DNA from: Lingula anatina
Lineage: Eukaryota; Animalia; Brachiopoda
Direction: 5' to 3'
Length of the DNA: 64,000 bases
Assembly (NCBI GenBank): GCA_051362555.1
Contig: CM120642.1
Location: forward strand, 20,274,001-20,338,000
Shown here: positions 26,993-40,400 of the stretch, in pieces
Layout of the letters: every line of letters starts with the position of its first letter
Numbering within the stretch: the first letter of the stretch is position 1
Notes under the pieces: model-generated
Seen by the model: the letters and a program-made list of their open reading frames with translations, nothing else
The model's database searches: none
What the model was told of the DNA's origin: nothing
Position numbers and translations under genes: made by a program

Positions 26993-29900
26993 ATAAAGGC
27001 TTCATTGTGAACAAATACATCATTGTAGCAGAAATCTAGTACATATATATAATAGATATACTGTAACAAGCAACATATACACCTGTAACTACACTAGAGG
27101 CTCTACTATTTACTAATCAAAATCTTTAATGCAGTCTGAGATTCATTTCTGATTTTAGTATTATACTGAGATATATTTAAATGTACATGTTATTTTTTAA
27201 ATAGTTTTTTATCCGTCTCCTCCCAGGTGACAATAGCAGATTGTCCCAAGGTGACAGAGCTGGGGCTTGCATACATGAAGTATGAAATGGGCATACAAGT
27301 GGATACGTTAGAGGGTGAAAAAGAAACAGGTATATGATCCTATGCAGTGTATTCTGGTGTGATGTGGTTACTCAGTAAGGTGCTGTTTAAGAGTAGTGTC
27401 TCTATGCAGCTGTAGAATTCAACCCAGTCAAGGGATGAATTTTAAGAAAATTGCCTTTTTGAAGACTTTTAGCCTAATATGAAAAATGTTTATTCATTGG
27501 TTATGAACATCTTTGAGCATTGCATTATGAAGTTGCCACCGAGTGCTTTATTTATGCACTTTATCCCTAATATAAGCCCAGATGATTGAACGGAAAAGTG
27601 ATTTTGTTGTAAGGATGATTTGTTTTCATATTTGAAAAAGTTTTGAAAGGAATTTTTTGTATAATCCTTGTGAGGGTGTGAGAGGGCATAGACTCATGCT
27701 ACTCTGAACTTTAACTATATAAAATAATATTGACAGTTATACAAAATTTATCTCTTAATTTTATTTTTGATAAAGCTAAGCAAAATCAAGAGCACCTAGC
27801 CCTTGTGTGTCCTCCGATGGATCTGAATATCAGTGTTGCAAGCTTAATTCGCCGTGGGACCAGCTTAGAAGACCCAAATGTTCAAAAGCAGGCATCGTTC
27901 AGTTATATCAAGAAGGCAAAGATGGGAGAAAGTACCTGGAATTTGCTAGAGCTGCCTCTTTCCCATGTAAGTTCTATTCTTGTCTTGATTTTATTTGATA
28001 AAGCATGTATTGTCTTAACTTGTCCTAGTTATTATGTTTTATGTTAGTATGTGATTGACAACTTTAAGATAAAGAGCTGGAAAATATTTTTAAGCCTACC
28101 TTTTTGTATGTATGATTGTAGCTCAACAAAATTATTAATAATAATAATAGGAAGTGAAGAGATTTGCTATTTTTTCAAAATTAATAATAAAAGCATTTAT
28201 TTAATGATATTTGTTCAGTAGCAATAGCATTATTACACTTTGATATTAAACATTTAATTTTATTTCATTGCCTAGCCATTGTTTGAGTCTGTTGCCCCAC
28301 GAAGAGTTAGTCAAGTGATAATACCTGTTGACTTTGCCAAGAGCAAAGAAGAAAGTGTGCAGCATGTTTCACAAGTGATAACAAATGTTATTGCCAAGGT
28401 AAGAAAAGAAATCTAGGTATGTTTGTATGTTATAGCTGGGTTTAGTTTATCAAAAAAAAGAAAAGCCCAGTATATTGAAAAAGTTTGCTTAAAGGTACAC
28501 TCCAAGGGTTTGAAAATCCCCCATATGCTTATTTTTGCCATCCATATAAAACTTCTTATAAAACCTTTCATACACCTTACAAATTATTTTTAAAACTCCC
28601 TAAATAATTTTTTCCTGGAGCATACCTGATTTTGATACTTCCATTGGAGCCTAGGAAGTTGGTTCTGATTATAATGACTGGCCAGTCATTTTAAACTAAA
28701 TCTACTTTTATAAATTTAGTTAAAAGTCAAGTCCAAAGGTCTATTACCGATGAGCACTTTTAACAAAAACATATTAACCAAAGACTATAGTTTATGGTCA
28801 TTTATACATGTTATTAGATAGATAACCTGTACTCAATATTGTTTTTGCAGGATCAGTCTTTGCCACCAATTATGAAGAAACTGCCAGAATCTAAGTCTAT
28901 AACGTGTGCAAGATTGGAAGGAATAGAAGAAGTGGAAGGAGACTTCAAGTAAATATCCCCTGAATTTTGAAAATTTTCCCACCATACTAAACATTATTTC
29001 TAAAAGTAGAAGTGATAGTTTGCCCTTGTTGCATAAATTTCTGGAAGCTCTTCCTCTGTTGTCAGCTACTCTTTGTGTTTCTAGTAATGAAATTAATAGA
29101 GGAGGTATTTCCTGTAATCTGTAAAACTTACAGTTACTGTACTACTTGTGTATGGAGATGTCTCTAATAGTCCATCCGTTGTATTGGCTTCTTATCCTTA
29201 GTAACAGTAAATCATATTTAATTCTATAATTATTGTAAACAGGAAACATTTTTCATTTATTTATCGTAAGATTTTTGATTGAAAACAAACTGCTGAAAGA
29301 ATTATAGAAACGTGACAAATCTGATCGGTCAGTCTTCTGGGTACTTCATGTTTCTTTCTTATCATTTTTATTATTTGTTTTTCAGGTACACTTTTAACTC
29401 AAATGTTGCTCTTTTCATTGCAAATGAAAAAATCTGCAAGGATCTGAATTACTTTGAGATAGAAGTTGTGGACACTGGTCGTAGCGGCACTATTACAATG
29501 GGCTGTGTCTCCGCAAGTCACAGGTCTAACAGACAGCCAGGGTGGGAACGGAACTCAGTGGCATACCATTTAGATGACGGAAGGTGAGATTTCTGTTACT
29601 TTGTTTATTTGTTTCTTTGTTTTGTCTGTTTGTGTTATCATTCCATAATAAAGTTCATATCTATCTTATCATTTCTGGCTTGCTCTCTATGGTAATGCAG
29701 ATACAAAAATTATCTAAAAAATTGACTGTTTTCAAATACAGAACACAATACATTGAGGAATACACTAATTGTGGGCAGTAGGGAAGGAAGAGAGGGTTGG
29801 GTGAAACTTCAAAAAAAATTACCAGCCCTCCATCCTTAGAATCTTAGCGTGTGTTCACAGTGAAACTAAAGTCACGGTACTAACTAACTCCATTACCTAA

Positions 29901-32900
29901 CTACAATCTGGCTGAATGCAATCAGATATAAGTCATGTGGTAAGATTAGCACCCAGTACCCCTCCTGGCACTTTGTAGAATACAGAAGCACTGGTGATTA
30001 TATGAGGACACTGGAGACAAGAGGAAGCATGTTTTAAAATCTGTTAATCTGATCTTATTCAGTGATAGGCATTGGATAGGGTGAAACGTAACATACGTAA
30101 AATTATTGTCAGGTATAATCAACACAAAAATCTTGCTGCCAAATATGTATGAGTGGTTAGCCATTATTTTCTTTTACTTGCAGTTTATTTGATAGAGAGA
30201 GTGGAAGTTCAAATTCGACAGCCTCTTCATCAAAAGTGGGCCGTCCAGGGGACATTGTGGCTTGCCAGGTTTTAGGACCATTTGATGATAAGGGAAACCT
30301 AATGTTGAACGTCCCCGTGGATATTAATTTTTTGAAGAATGGGAACCTGGTATATAATGTCCTATTATCTATTTTAAAAATGATTGTAGATTAAAATACT
30401 TGATGAAATTTCATTAAAGACACCTTGATATGAAATTTGAAAAATATCTGGTTAAAATGAAAACAAAAATAATATTTGGGGGTCACACAAGCATATTTGC
30501 TAAATTAATAATTCTATATCAAACAATTATATTGGTTCGTCATGAAATGAGAATGCACAGTGCGCATGCGCGTCAGTAGCACGAGGCGAGAAGCGCGTGG
30601 TTCACAAGAAAATTTTCTTCTGTATATGTATCTTGACTTTTTTGTCAATACATTGGTGTATTTTGTCGTTTTTTTTTTGACAATACATCTTTTCTCCAAC
30701 ATGTCGGAGAAAAATGAGATAGCGGAGAAAGACTAGAAAGAGAAACAAGTTGCAAGAAATAAGAAATCAACTGGTGCTGTTGCAAATACCACTAGTGTTG
30801 CTGCTAAAACCGCAACTAACCAAGATTCTAAGATTCTAGAATACTTGCAAAGTCTGAATGAAAAACTGTCGTCTAATGATGCCAAATTAGACGTGTTATC
30901 CTCTAGGATAACGGATATTGAAGAAACTGTGAACAGGGACGTTTTACCTGGCACGTCCTTTGACTACAGCTTTGACAACGATAGTCGGTGTTCTGATGCT
31001 AAGCGACCTCTGGATGAGGTAGATCCCCAAAGCAAATTTGCGGATATGGCCAAGCGGTTTAAAGGGGAAGACGTCGTGGGCTCTCCATTGGATGAAACAC
31101 TGGCAGCAAATATTAATGATTTATTTCGCCAGGGATTGGAGGAGACTCAGTTTGAAAAGTTGATTGAGAGCATTGCTAGGCCAGACAATTGCCAAGCACT
31201 TACCACCGTACGTTGCAATAAGCTAATTTTGAAGCTATGTACACCGCAAATCAGACACACAGACAGAACACTGCAGACAGTGGGCACGTCTCTGGTGAAA
31301 GGCTCCATACTTATTGCACAAGCAGCAAGTAAGATAGCTGAACTTGATTTTTCTGGTTTTCAGTCAGGCTCGGAGTCAGAGTATGACATTCAAGGGGAAG
31401 CTAATAGTGTATTGGATTTATGCAAAGATGCATTGGCTCTCTTTGGACACTGTAATCAACAGATGTGTATGATCAGGAGAAATTGCATTAAGCCTGTCAT
31501 CAGTAAGGAGTACAGTCATTTGTGTAATCCTGCTGTACCATTTACCACTGAACTGTTTGGAGATGATGTCTCACAAACGGCCAGAGAGTTGGAATACTCA
31601 GCCAAAATAGGCAATAAAATTCAAGGCAAAAGAGAGGTCTATAAAGGAAACTATAGACTCGGTAAAAACAAGACTTTTCATACCGGGCAAGCCAAGTATG
31701 CTGGAAAACAGCAAGGCAGATACACTGAAAAGTTCTCAGGGTATCAGACGACCCGTGGCAGTGATCCAAAAAAGGGAGTTTGGCGCAAGGACCCAAAATA
31801 AATAGGGTAAGTACCCTAGTAGATTATAAAGTTGGAGGTAGATTGAAATATTTCTCCTCTCAATGGGAACCCATTACACATGACGAAAATATTCTTGACA
31901 TAGTGAAACATTGCCACTTTGATTTTAGTGAAAGTGCTCTGCCTATGCAACATAGTTTCTCTCAATCTAGTTTTGACAGACTTGAGAGTGAAGTAATTGA
32001 TAATGAAATAGCTAAATTGGTCAGAGATTAAGTTATTATGCCAGTGAGCTATCAAACTGACCAGTATCTTTCACCTATTTTCTAAACCAAGAAGAAAAAT
32101 GGAGAATTTAGAATGATTCTAAATTTGAAGAAATTAAACATGTTTCTTCCATATCATCATTTTAAGATGGAAAATTTTGAAAGTGCATTGCATATTGTGT
32201 CAAAAAATATGTATTTTTGTTCAGTAGATATACGTATGGCATATTATTCAATACCTCTGGCAGTTGAACAACAAAAATATTTTTGTTTTAAATGGAGAGG
32301 ACAAATATATCAGTACAGGGCAATGCCAAATAGGGTTGGCCCAGGTCCGCGCCTTTTTACCAAGTTAATGAAACCTGTGTATGCTTGGTTACGTAATAAA
32401 GGTTACATTAGCACCTCATACATTGATGATACTCTGTTAGGTGCTGAGACTAGTGAACTTTGTGTGAGAAATGCACATGCCACTATCAGTCTGCTATCCA
32501 AGCTAGGATTTATGATAAATTTTGAAAAAAGTATGCTCTTGCCATCTACTAGTAGGCAGATTACCTACTTGGGGAATATTATTGACTCTGAAAAGATGTT
32601 AGTATATTTACCAAATGAAAGAAAGAATAAAATAAAGGATGCATGTTTAAAATTGCATTATTGTGAATTTGAAACGATCAGACAAGTGGCTAAAGTTATT
32701 GGACTTTTAGTTGCCTCCTTCTCAGCAGTTGAGTTAGGAAAACTTCATTACAGAGTACTGGAAAAGGCAAAGATAAATGCATTGAAACTAAATAAATGCA
32801 ATTTTAATGTTAAGATGCATATCACAATTGATATGAAATCAGAACTTCAGTGGTGGATAGAAAATATTGATACACAGGTACGGGTTATTTGTAGAGAAAA

Positions 32901-35900
32901 TCCCGAGCTTACTATACAGACTGATAGCAGTATGCTTGGCTGGGGTGCAGTCATGAATGACATTAGAATAGGTGGCAGATGGACTAATTTTGAGTCAAGA
33001 AGTCATATAAATGTCCTAGAATTACGTGCTGTTTTGTTTGCTTTGAAGTCCTTTTTGTCACAGATAGAGGGAAAATATATAAAAATATTAACTGATTCTT
33101 CTACTGCTGTTGCATACATAAATAATTTTGGGGGAATTAAATCTCCAAGTTGTGATGAACTCAGCAAACAAATTTGGAATATGTGTATAAAACATAACAT
33201 TTGGATAATGTGTTCACATATACCAGGTATTCAGAATGAAGCAGATGAGCCTTCACGAAGATTTAAAGATAATATTGAGTGGGAATTACAAAATGTTATA
33301 TTCACTAAGATATGTGAACATTATGGTCAGCCTACCGTTGACTTATTTGCAACGAGAATAAACAAAAAAGTAGAACAATTTTGTTCTTGGACACCAGATC
33401 CTGATGCCACATTTATTGATGCATTCAGTTTAAATTGGAAAAAATTTGAACTTTGTTATATTTTTCCTCCTTTCAGCCTTATAACAAGGTGTCTGCAGAA
33501 AATAAAAACAGACAAAGCAAGAGCTCTTATACACTTTAGTGGTACCACTGTGGACAACACAAATATGGTGGCCAATGTTGATGCAAATGCTGGTGAAAGC
33601 TCCTTTGATTTTACCACCAGTGGAAGAAACTTTGATGCTGCAGTTTTCAGAGAAAGTTCATCCTCTATCCAATCAAATGACCTTGATTGCATGCAAGTTA
33701 TCAGGAAGTCTTTTAGAGACCGTGGATTTTCAGAACAATCAATCAACATATTTATGGCATCATGGAGAGCAAAGACTAAATGTCAGTACAAAACGTATTT
33801 ATCAAAATGCTTTCAGTTCTGTTGCGAACGGAGTATTAATTCATTTTATGTTTCTGTAAATGATATTATTGAGTTTTTGACTGAACTGTATAACAAGGGC
33901 TTAGGATATAGTTCCTTGAACACAGCCAGGAGTGCCCTGTCATCACTTGGAATTTTACTGGAACAGTATACAGCAGGATCGCACCCACAAGTTGTCCGTT
34001 TTATGAAAGGTGTATTTAATCTACGCCCACCTACAAGTAGATATATGGATATTTGGGATGTTGATAAAGTTTTATGTTATTTGCGCAAATTGTCACCTGT
34101 GCGTAATATTAGTTTGAAAGACTTGACTTTGAAACTTGCTATATATTTATTGCATTAGTAAATGCTGCCAGGATTCAGACTGTACACTTGTTGACTGTTA
34201 AGAATTTTAAAAAGTTAACGTCTGAATATGTTTTCTGTTGTGATGGTTTAATTAAGCAAAGTAGACCAGGAGTTCATTTTTCCAAAGTTCATTTAAGGGC
34301 TTACCCTCCTCATAGGAGACTTTGTGTGTACACTGTCATGAAAGAGTACTTGAAACGTACTAAAATGTTGAGACACAGTAAAGAAAACAGGTTGTTGATA
34401 AGTTTCAGAAAACCACATAAAGCAGTGTCAAAGGACACTGTTGCACGGTGGATTAAAGTGGTCTTGATAAGATCAGGAATAGATACTGTGAAGTATGGTG
34501 CTCATAGTGTGAGAGCAGCAGCAACCTCTAAAGCTAAGCTGATGGATGTACCTCTTGCGGATATAATGAAACATGCTGGTTGGTCAAATAAGAGTACATT
34601 TACAAGATTTTATGACAAAGAAATAGTCAAAAATGACACAGTAGTGAAAGCTGTACTTGAATTGGATAAGCAAAGGTCTTAAGTCAGTTCATTTATTAAC
34701 TGCTAGTACTTATCTGTTTGATAACCAATAAAGTTTCTTGTTTGAATTTAAACATGATTTTACGTTGTTATTTTTGCATGATTTGTGCTTTAAAGTCTCA
34801 TTTCACGACGAACCAATATAATTGTTCGATATAGAATTAAAAAATTAAACGAAACTTACCTGTAAGTTGATGTTTGATTGTAATTCTATGAGACAATTAT
34901 CAACTTACAGGTAAGTTTCGTTTAATTTTTTAATTATAACATTTATTTTTCACCTAGACCAGTTGGCCATGATTTAACCATCATGGTTATATTATTAACA
35001 AAACTATATGTATGTGGTGCCCCTGTTTCCTCTAGAAAGCGGATTTTATATACGTTTAACTTGATATATTACAATATTAGTGTAAAAATAGAGGCATTTT
35101 TATAATTTGTACATTTTTCTTTTATGTCTAGATGCACAAGAGCAGATTCACATTTTCTGTTCAACCCTATCCTGCAGTTGGTATGCACAGCAGAGGAGAG
35201 ATTTTCAGATTCAAAACTGTAAGTCCAATGTAAACTGTTTTTACTAATTATATTAAAATTTTATATTAAAATTTAATTCCATAAAAAACTTGTATCATGG
35301 GCTGTGCATTTCAATTTGTGGAGACCTGAAATAAAACTGACGTGTCCTGCATTAAATTCATACCTTCTTTCAATTTCACAATGGATTTGCAGAGCTTAGT
35401 ATTCAGATCATATTATTTTATATTATTTGTTGCTCTCTGTGTAATTGCAGCCCAAGTTCAAGCATGCTCCATTAATGAGAAGAGTTGAATTGCTGGATGG
35501 TAATTATTTGCGGTAAGTATTTTGTGTATGGTGATTGTGTGTATGTGTGTGTGTTTCCGTGCATGCGTGTGTGCGTGCGTGCATGAGAGATAGAAAGGCG
35601 AACTTAATAGTAATGCTATGAAACTGTACATTGTTTAGTGCAGGTTTGGGGGATGGGGGGTTAATGGTGCTGTTAAATGCATCCTGAGTCTGCAGAGTAC
35701 AGGGGTTATTAGAATGCTGCAAGGAATGAAGTATAAATTGAGGTTCAAAGTATAAAATTAAGCAATGTTTGATATGCTTTTATACGGAGATTAAATTTTT
35801 ATGTTTTTGTCACTCAGTATGAAATTCAATCACCCATTCCTGCTTGGGACTGTATATCTTTGGAGTGGTTGAAATCTCACATCAGTGATGTATAATAAGA

Positions 35901-36913
35901 ATGATCATTATTTATTGATTATTTATCTTCTTTCTCAGGAGCACCGGTGGAGGAATGGGGCAGTATATTGGTATTGTTCCTCTTGAGGTCAATGACTATT
36001 TTGAATTTGAGATTTTGAACGTAGATATGCAACGCCACGCCATCACAATAGGTGCTGTGCCGAAATCCCATTCAGAATCTGACCAGCCCGGTTGGAGGAG
36101 AAATTCTATTGGACTTCATGCTGATGACAGAAAGTAAGATACTTTTTTGAATTAATTTCTTTCCTGTGAACATCTGGTTCTTAAAGGGTGTGAAAAAAAA
36201 GGAAGGAGTTTTAGAAATCTAGTTCCTGCTGTCAAGTGCGAGTATTTTGTTTCATTTGGTGTATTGGAGTTATTTGAGTATTTGGAGAAATTGCATCTTT
36301 AACAAGTAGAGCATAGTCCAATGTGGATTTTGAAGTATATAGTATGATACTTTGCAAAATAGGAGATTACAACTCACCAAATGGAGGCCTGAAATTCCAC
36401 GAGACTTAAAAGTTATTATACACATTGTCATAGTTTGTCATAATTTGCTTAAGTCAGTTATCTGTATTTGATAAAAAATGCTACGTAAATAAATCTTTGT
36501 TGCTTGTCCCTTTGTACAAGTCATATAGTTTACTGGACTTACAGCAAACTCTTTCACATTGACTGTACCCCCAGATTTTAGCTATTTTTCCATTTATTTA
36601 TTCAATATTAAATTTTTTTTTATTATTACAAGTTTTGACATGCTTTGACAGCTTGTAGTAAGTTATCTGTATATAGCTGTAAAATAAAAGTTTGTGGAAA
36701 ACATGATAACTGAATAATAACTTAAAGTAATTTTTCACTTTTAGATGTTTTCAGGGAGGGGGATCTTTTGTGCCCAACTATCCAGAAAACTTGGCACGCA
36801 AAGATTTTGCAGTAGGAGACAAGATGGGGTGTGGACTGCGTCCCTTTGACATGCCGAATGGCCAGAATGTCCTCTGCATTTACTTCACATGGAGTGGGTC
36901 AATAGTATGTCTG

Positions 36914-36956
<43 letters not shown>

Positions 36957-37409
36957 GCACATAAGTGTATGAACACACGTTCAGGCATAGACACACATTC
37001 ACACACTGAGCATGCACAGTATTACACAAACACACACATCACCTGCATATCTTTGGAGGCATTCTTCATTTTTTGTTCAATTTTAGGTAGTAAAAGTACC
37101 CAGAGAGGAAGTTGCCCCACCTGACGTCCCATTGTTTCCCTTCATAAACCCTGGGCTGCATTCGAATAACGAAAGTGGTGTGAAAATAACAAGACCTTTC
37201 TTGTCCAGTAAGGTAAGATGGCTCCAATGAAAATAATATTGAAAACTTAAAACATATGTAAGCAAAATGAGGTAGGCCTATAACACTTAGCAAAGGAACA
37301 TTCAATTTGGAGATTTCCTAATTTTAGTAGTCAGTTTGATCCCTCTCAGAGATAATGTGAAGGTGTTTGTCTTTGTGATTTGGGCACATTGGATTTATTG
37401 GAAGGTGGT

Positions 37410-37451
<42 letters not shown>

Positions 37452-40400
37452 GGCATATTATGTATTTGAAACTAGACTGTGTGTGTTTTTATTAACTTTT
37501 CTTTGTGTATAATTTTCTTAATTTGTGATTACTTTGTTTAGGATGGTCCTTCACACGCTGGTGCAATCCCCCCTGAGCTTGTTAAGGCATCCCCTTCACA
37601 GATCTTGTATTGGGGCACACCCTTCCAAATTGCAGGGGTTGGGAAGGGCACTTTGGATGACCTGATGGATGTATATACCCAGGCTGTGAACAAAGTACAG
37701 CAAACACATGCTGGCCTGTTGAAGCAAATGACAGCTTACAGTGATGGCTTGATGAGTGGGAAGACGTATGTATAGCAGAGTAATACTATATTGTATTTTG
37801 ACATTGTGATTATTAGATGAGACTTAAGCTTGCATAAATGACACACGTAGCATTGCAAATAATGATCATAGGATCTGATTTGTGTCTCAGAAAGAGCAGG
37901 AAGGGCAGGGTGCATTTATTTTTTTGGTCTCAAAACTGAGGCCTTAAAAATAAATGTCTAACTTGACACTTTTTAATGACAGGCCTGAGCTTATATAGTA
38001 GCCATCTCTATTAAAGAGGTCAGTGCCAGGCCAACTGCATTTTACTCAGTCAGTCATTTTTAAAGTGTTCTTCAACTGGTGCTTCAGTACATATATTATT
38101 ACAAAGCTGCCTTGTATGACAAATTTGTCTTTTTCTTACCTAAAGCCTAAAACTGAGGTTATTTGTGAAAAAGAGTCCACAGCCAGTCGTCAGCACCCTG
38201 CAGCTGAAAGAATCTCTCTTAACTTGGCATGAACTGATGTACTTTTTTTTAAACAGAAGATAAATTTTTTTGCACATCAATAGAAGTTATTCCATAAAGG
38301 ACTTTTTTTATATTAGTAGGGGAGCCAAGGCAAAAAATTAGGGTGAAAAAAAATTTTTATGATATAAAATTTTCGAATATATGGTCGGAGAGCCTGATAC
38401 CTGGGGTTTATGAATCTGCTTATTGGACAAATGGGCTCAATTGCGAAAGTGCCCAAAAATCCAAGATGGCCGCCACCCCTAAGGAATATGCAATAAATGG
38501 ATAAATTATGAAAAATGGTTGATATTTTCATTTAGTTTCAGGGTAGATATTTTTATTGTCCATATATTGTGGAAATATGTACTATCTGGTGATCTGTAGC
38601 AGAAATTGGTCAATTGGATTCAAAATGGCCGTTCTATCCAAGATGGCGGCCAATATTTCAACATTTTTTGCAATTAAATCCTCTTTTCATTGATCTACAA
38701 TTTCTTTCAATCATGATATGAGCAAACATTTATCAAATAAAGATTGCCTCTACTATTTTCTGCATTTGTACCATCTATGTGTAATATAGAGGCTTTGTGA
38801 ATACAAAAAAATCCAATATGGCCGCCATGCACCCTTTACCATTATGAGTCAAGGGTACTACCTGTCTTTTATAGAAAAGTTCAAATATCTACTTTAATGA
38901 AGCAAATGCTATTTCTATTTAACAATTTTTGGGTGAAGGGGAATTGCTTCAGTATTTTAGAGGTAAATTCAAAGAGCTATTTCAATCCAAGATGGCAACT
39001 TTATCCAAGATGGCGGCCAAATTTTCACAAGTTTTTGCAATGAAGTCATGGTTTCTGTAATCTAGAACTACTTTCAATCATGGAAAAAGCTTAATTTTAT
39101 CAAATATAGAATTTCTCCAATACTGTGTGCATTTTTGCTATCTGAATGCATAATTAAAGTTAGATGATTAGAGAAAAATCTAATATGGCTGCCATACACC
39201 CCTTACCAATATGAGTCAAAGGCGAAACATATCATATCAAAAGTTGGTATATCTCATTCAATGAAGTATATTATACTTTCATTTTAAAACATTTGGTAAA
39301 GTACACTTGTTTTTTATTTTATGATGTTTAATTATACACTACCTATTAATCCAATATGGCTACTCTATCCAATATGGCAGCCAAAATTTGACCAATTTTG
39401 CAATTTAATCCCTTTTCTTTTTGTCAGAATTTTTTTCAATCTTCTAGAAGCAAAATTTCATCAAACATAGATGCTCTACCCTAATTTCCTGCATTTTTAC
39501 TATCTTTATACAGAAAGAAGGCTTTATGCCTATAGAAATACCCAAAATGGCCACCATAAATCCCTTATCATTACCCTCATATGAAACAAAGCGACATATC
39601 TCATAAAAAGTTGAAATATCTCCTTTGATGAAGTACATTTCATTTTTATTTTACAATATATGGGTATATGAGAATTTTTTCACTTTTTGCAGATAAATTT
39701 AAGATGGCATGTTTATTCACAGTAAATTATTTACAAGTTTCTTCACATTCATATGCATGTTCTTGGACCATTGTATTTTTAGCCTAACAACTATGTTGTC
39801 AAATTACATGTCTAGAATAACATCATTATCTATTTATTTGTTTATCAAAAAGAAGCTCAAAGGTTTTGTACAATAATAATTCCAATTCCATGCAAATTTC
39901 ACTTCATGGAATCAAAGCTAAACTCATATTTTATTGAAACTTCAAACAACATTTATTTAAACTATGCAATAGATACTAGTTTCATTTATTACATTGGTGT
40001 TTTAGTTACCTCCGCCAAGGAGGTTATGTTTTTACCCCTGCTTGTTTGTTTTTTGTTTGTTTGTCATCAACATGACTCAGAAAGTTATGGATGAATTTCG
40101 ATAGAATTTTCAGGGTAGGTCAGAAATGGGTTAACTTAGAAGTGACCTGGATCAATAATCAATCAATAATCAAAAATAAAAAAATCAAGTTATGGACCAA
40201 TTTTGATGAAATATTCAGAAGCTGCCAGAAGTGGGCCAAGGAACAGATTATTAGTTTTTGGTGGTGATCCAGATCAATAATCAATCAATAATAAAAAAAC
40301 TAGATCATTATAGAATGAAAATTTAGGGGTGAAACAGCATTGGGTGGAGACTTTGCTGCCTTGACAGAGGTCTGCGCTCTCGAGGTGCTTTTCTAGTTGC

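Larger units (their letters stand above)
30509..34935 (+). mobile_element. DIRS1-like tyrosine-recombinase retrotransposon, defective
   Basis: Order gag, RT-RNaseH-MT, YR. Left terminus 30509-30551 is complementary to 34796-34839, and 34835-34871 is complementary to 34899-34935 (ICR architecture). Confidence 0.93.

Noticed and set aside
32113-34158. Apparent novel RT-RNaseH-MT-recombinase fusion protein (681 aa)
   Set aside because: A frameshift near 33530 joins the overlapping pol and YR frames; the true MT end (VPLWTTQIWWP) continues in another frame.
35818-35860. Possible extra exon (YEIQSPIPAWD)
   Set aside because: Exons 35451-35512 and 35939-36133 already join in phase, and the donor is weak.
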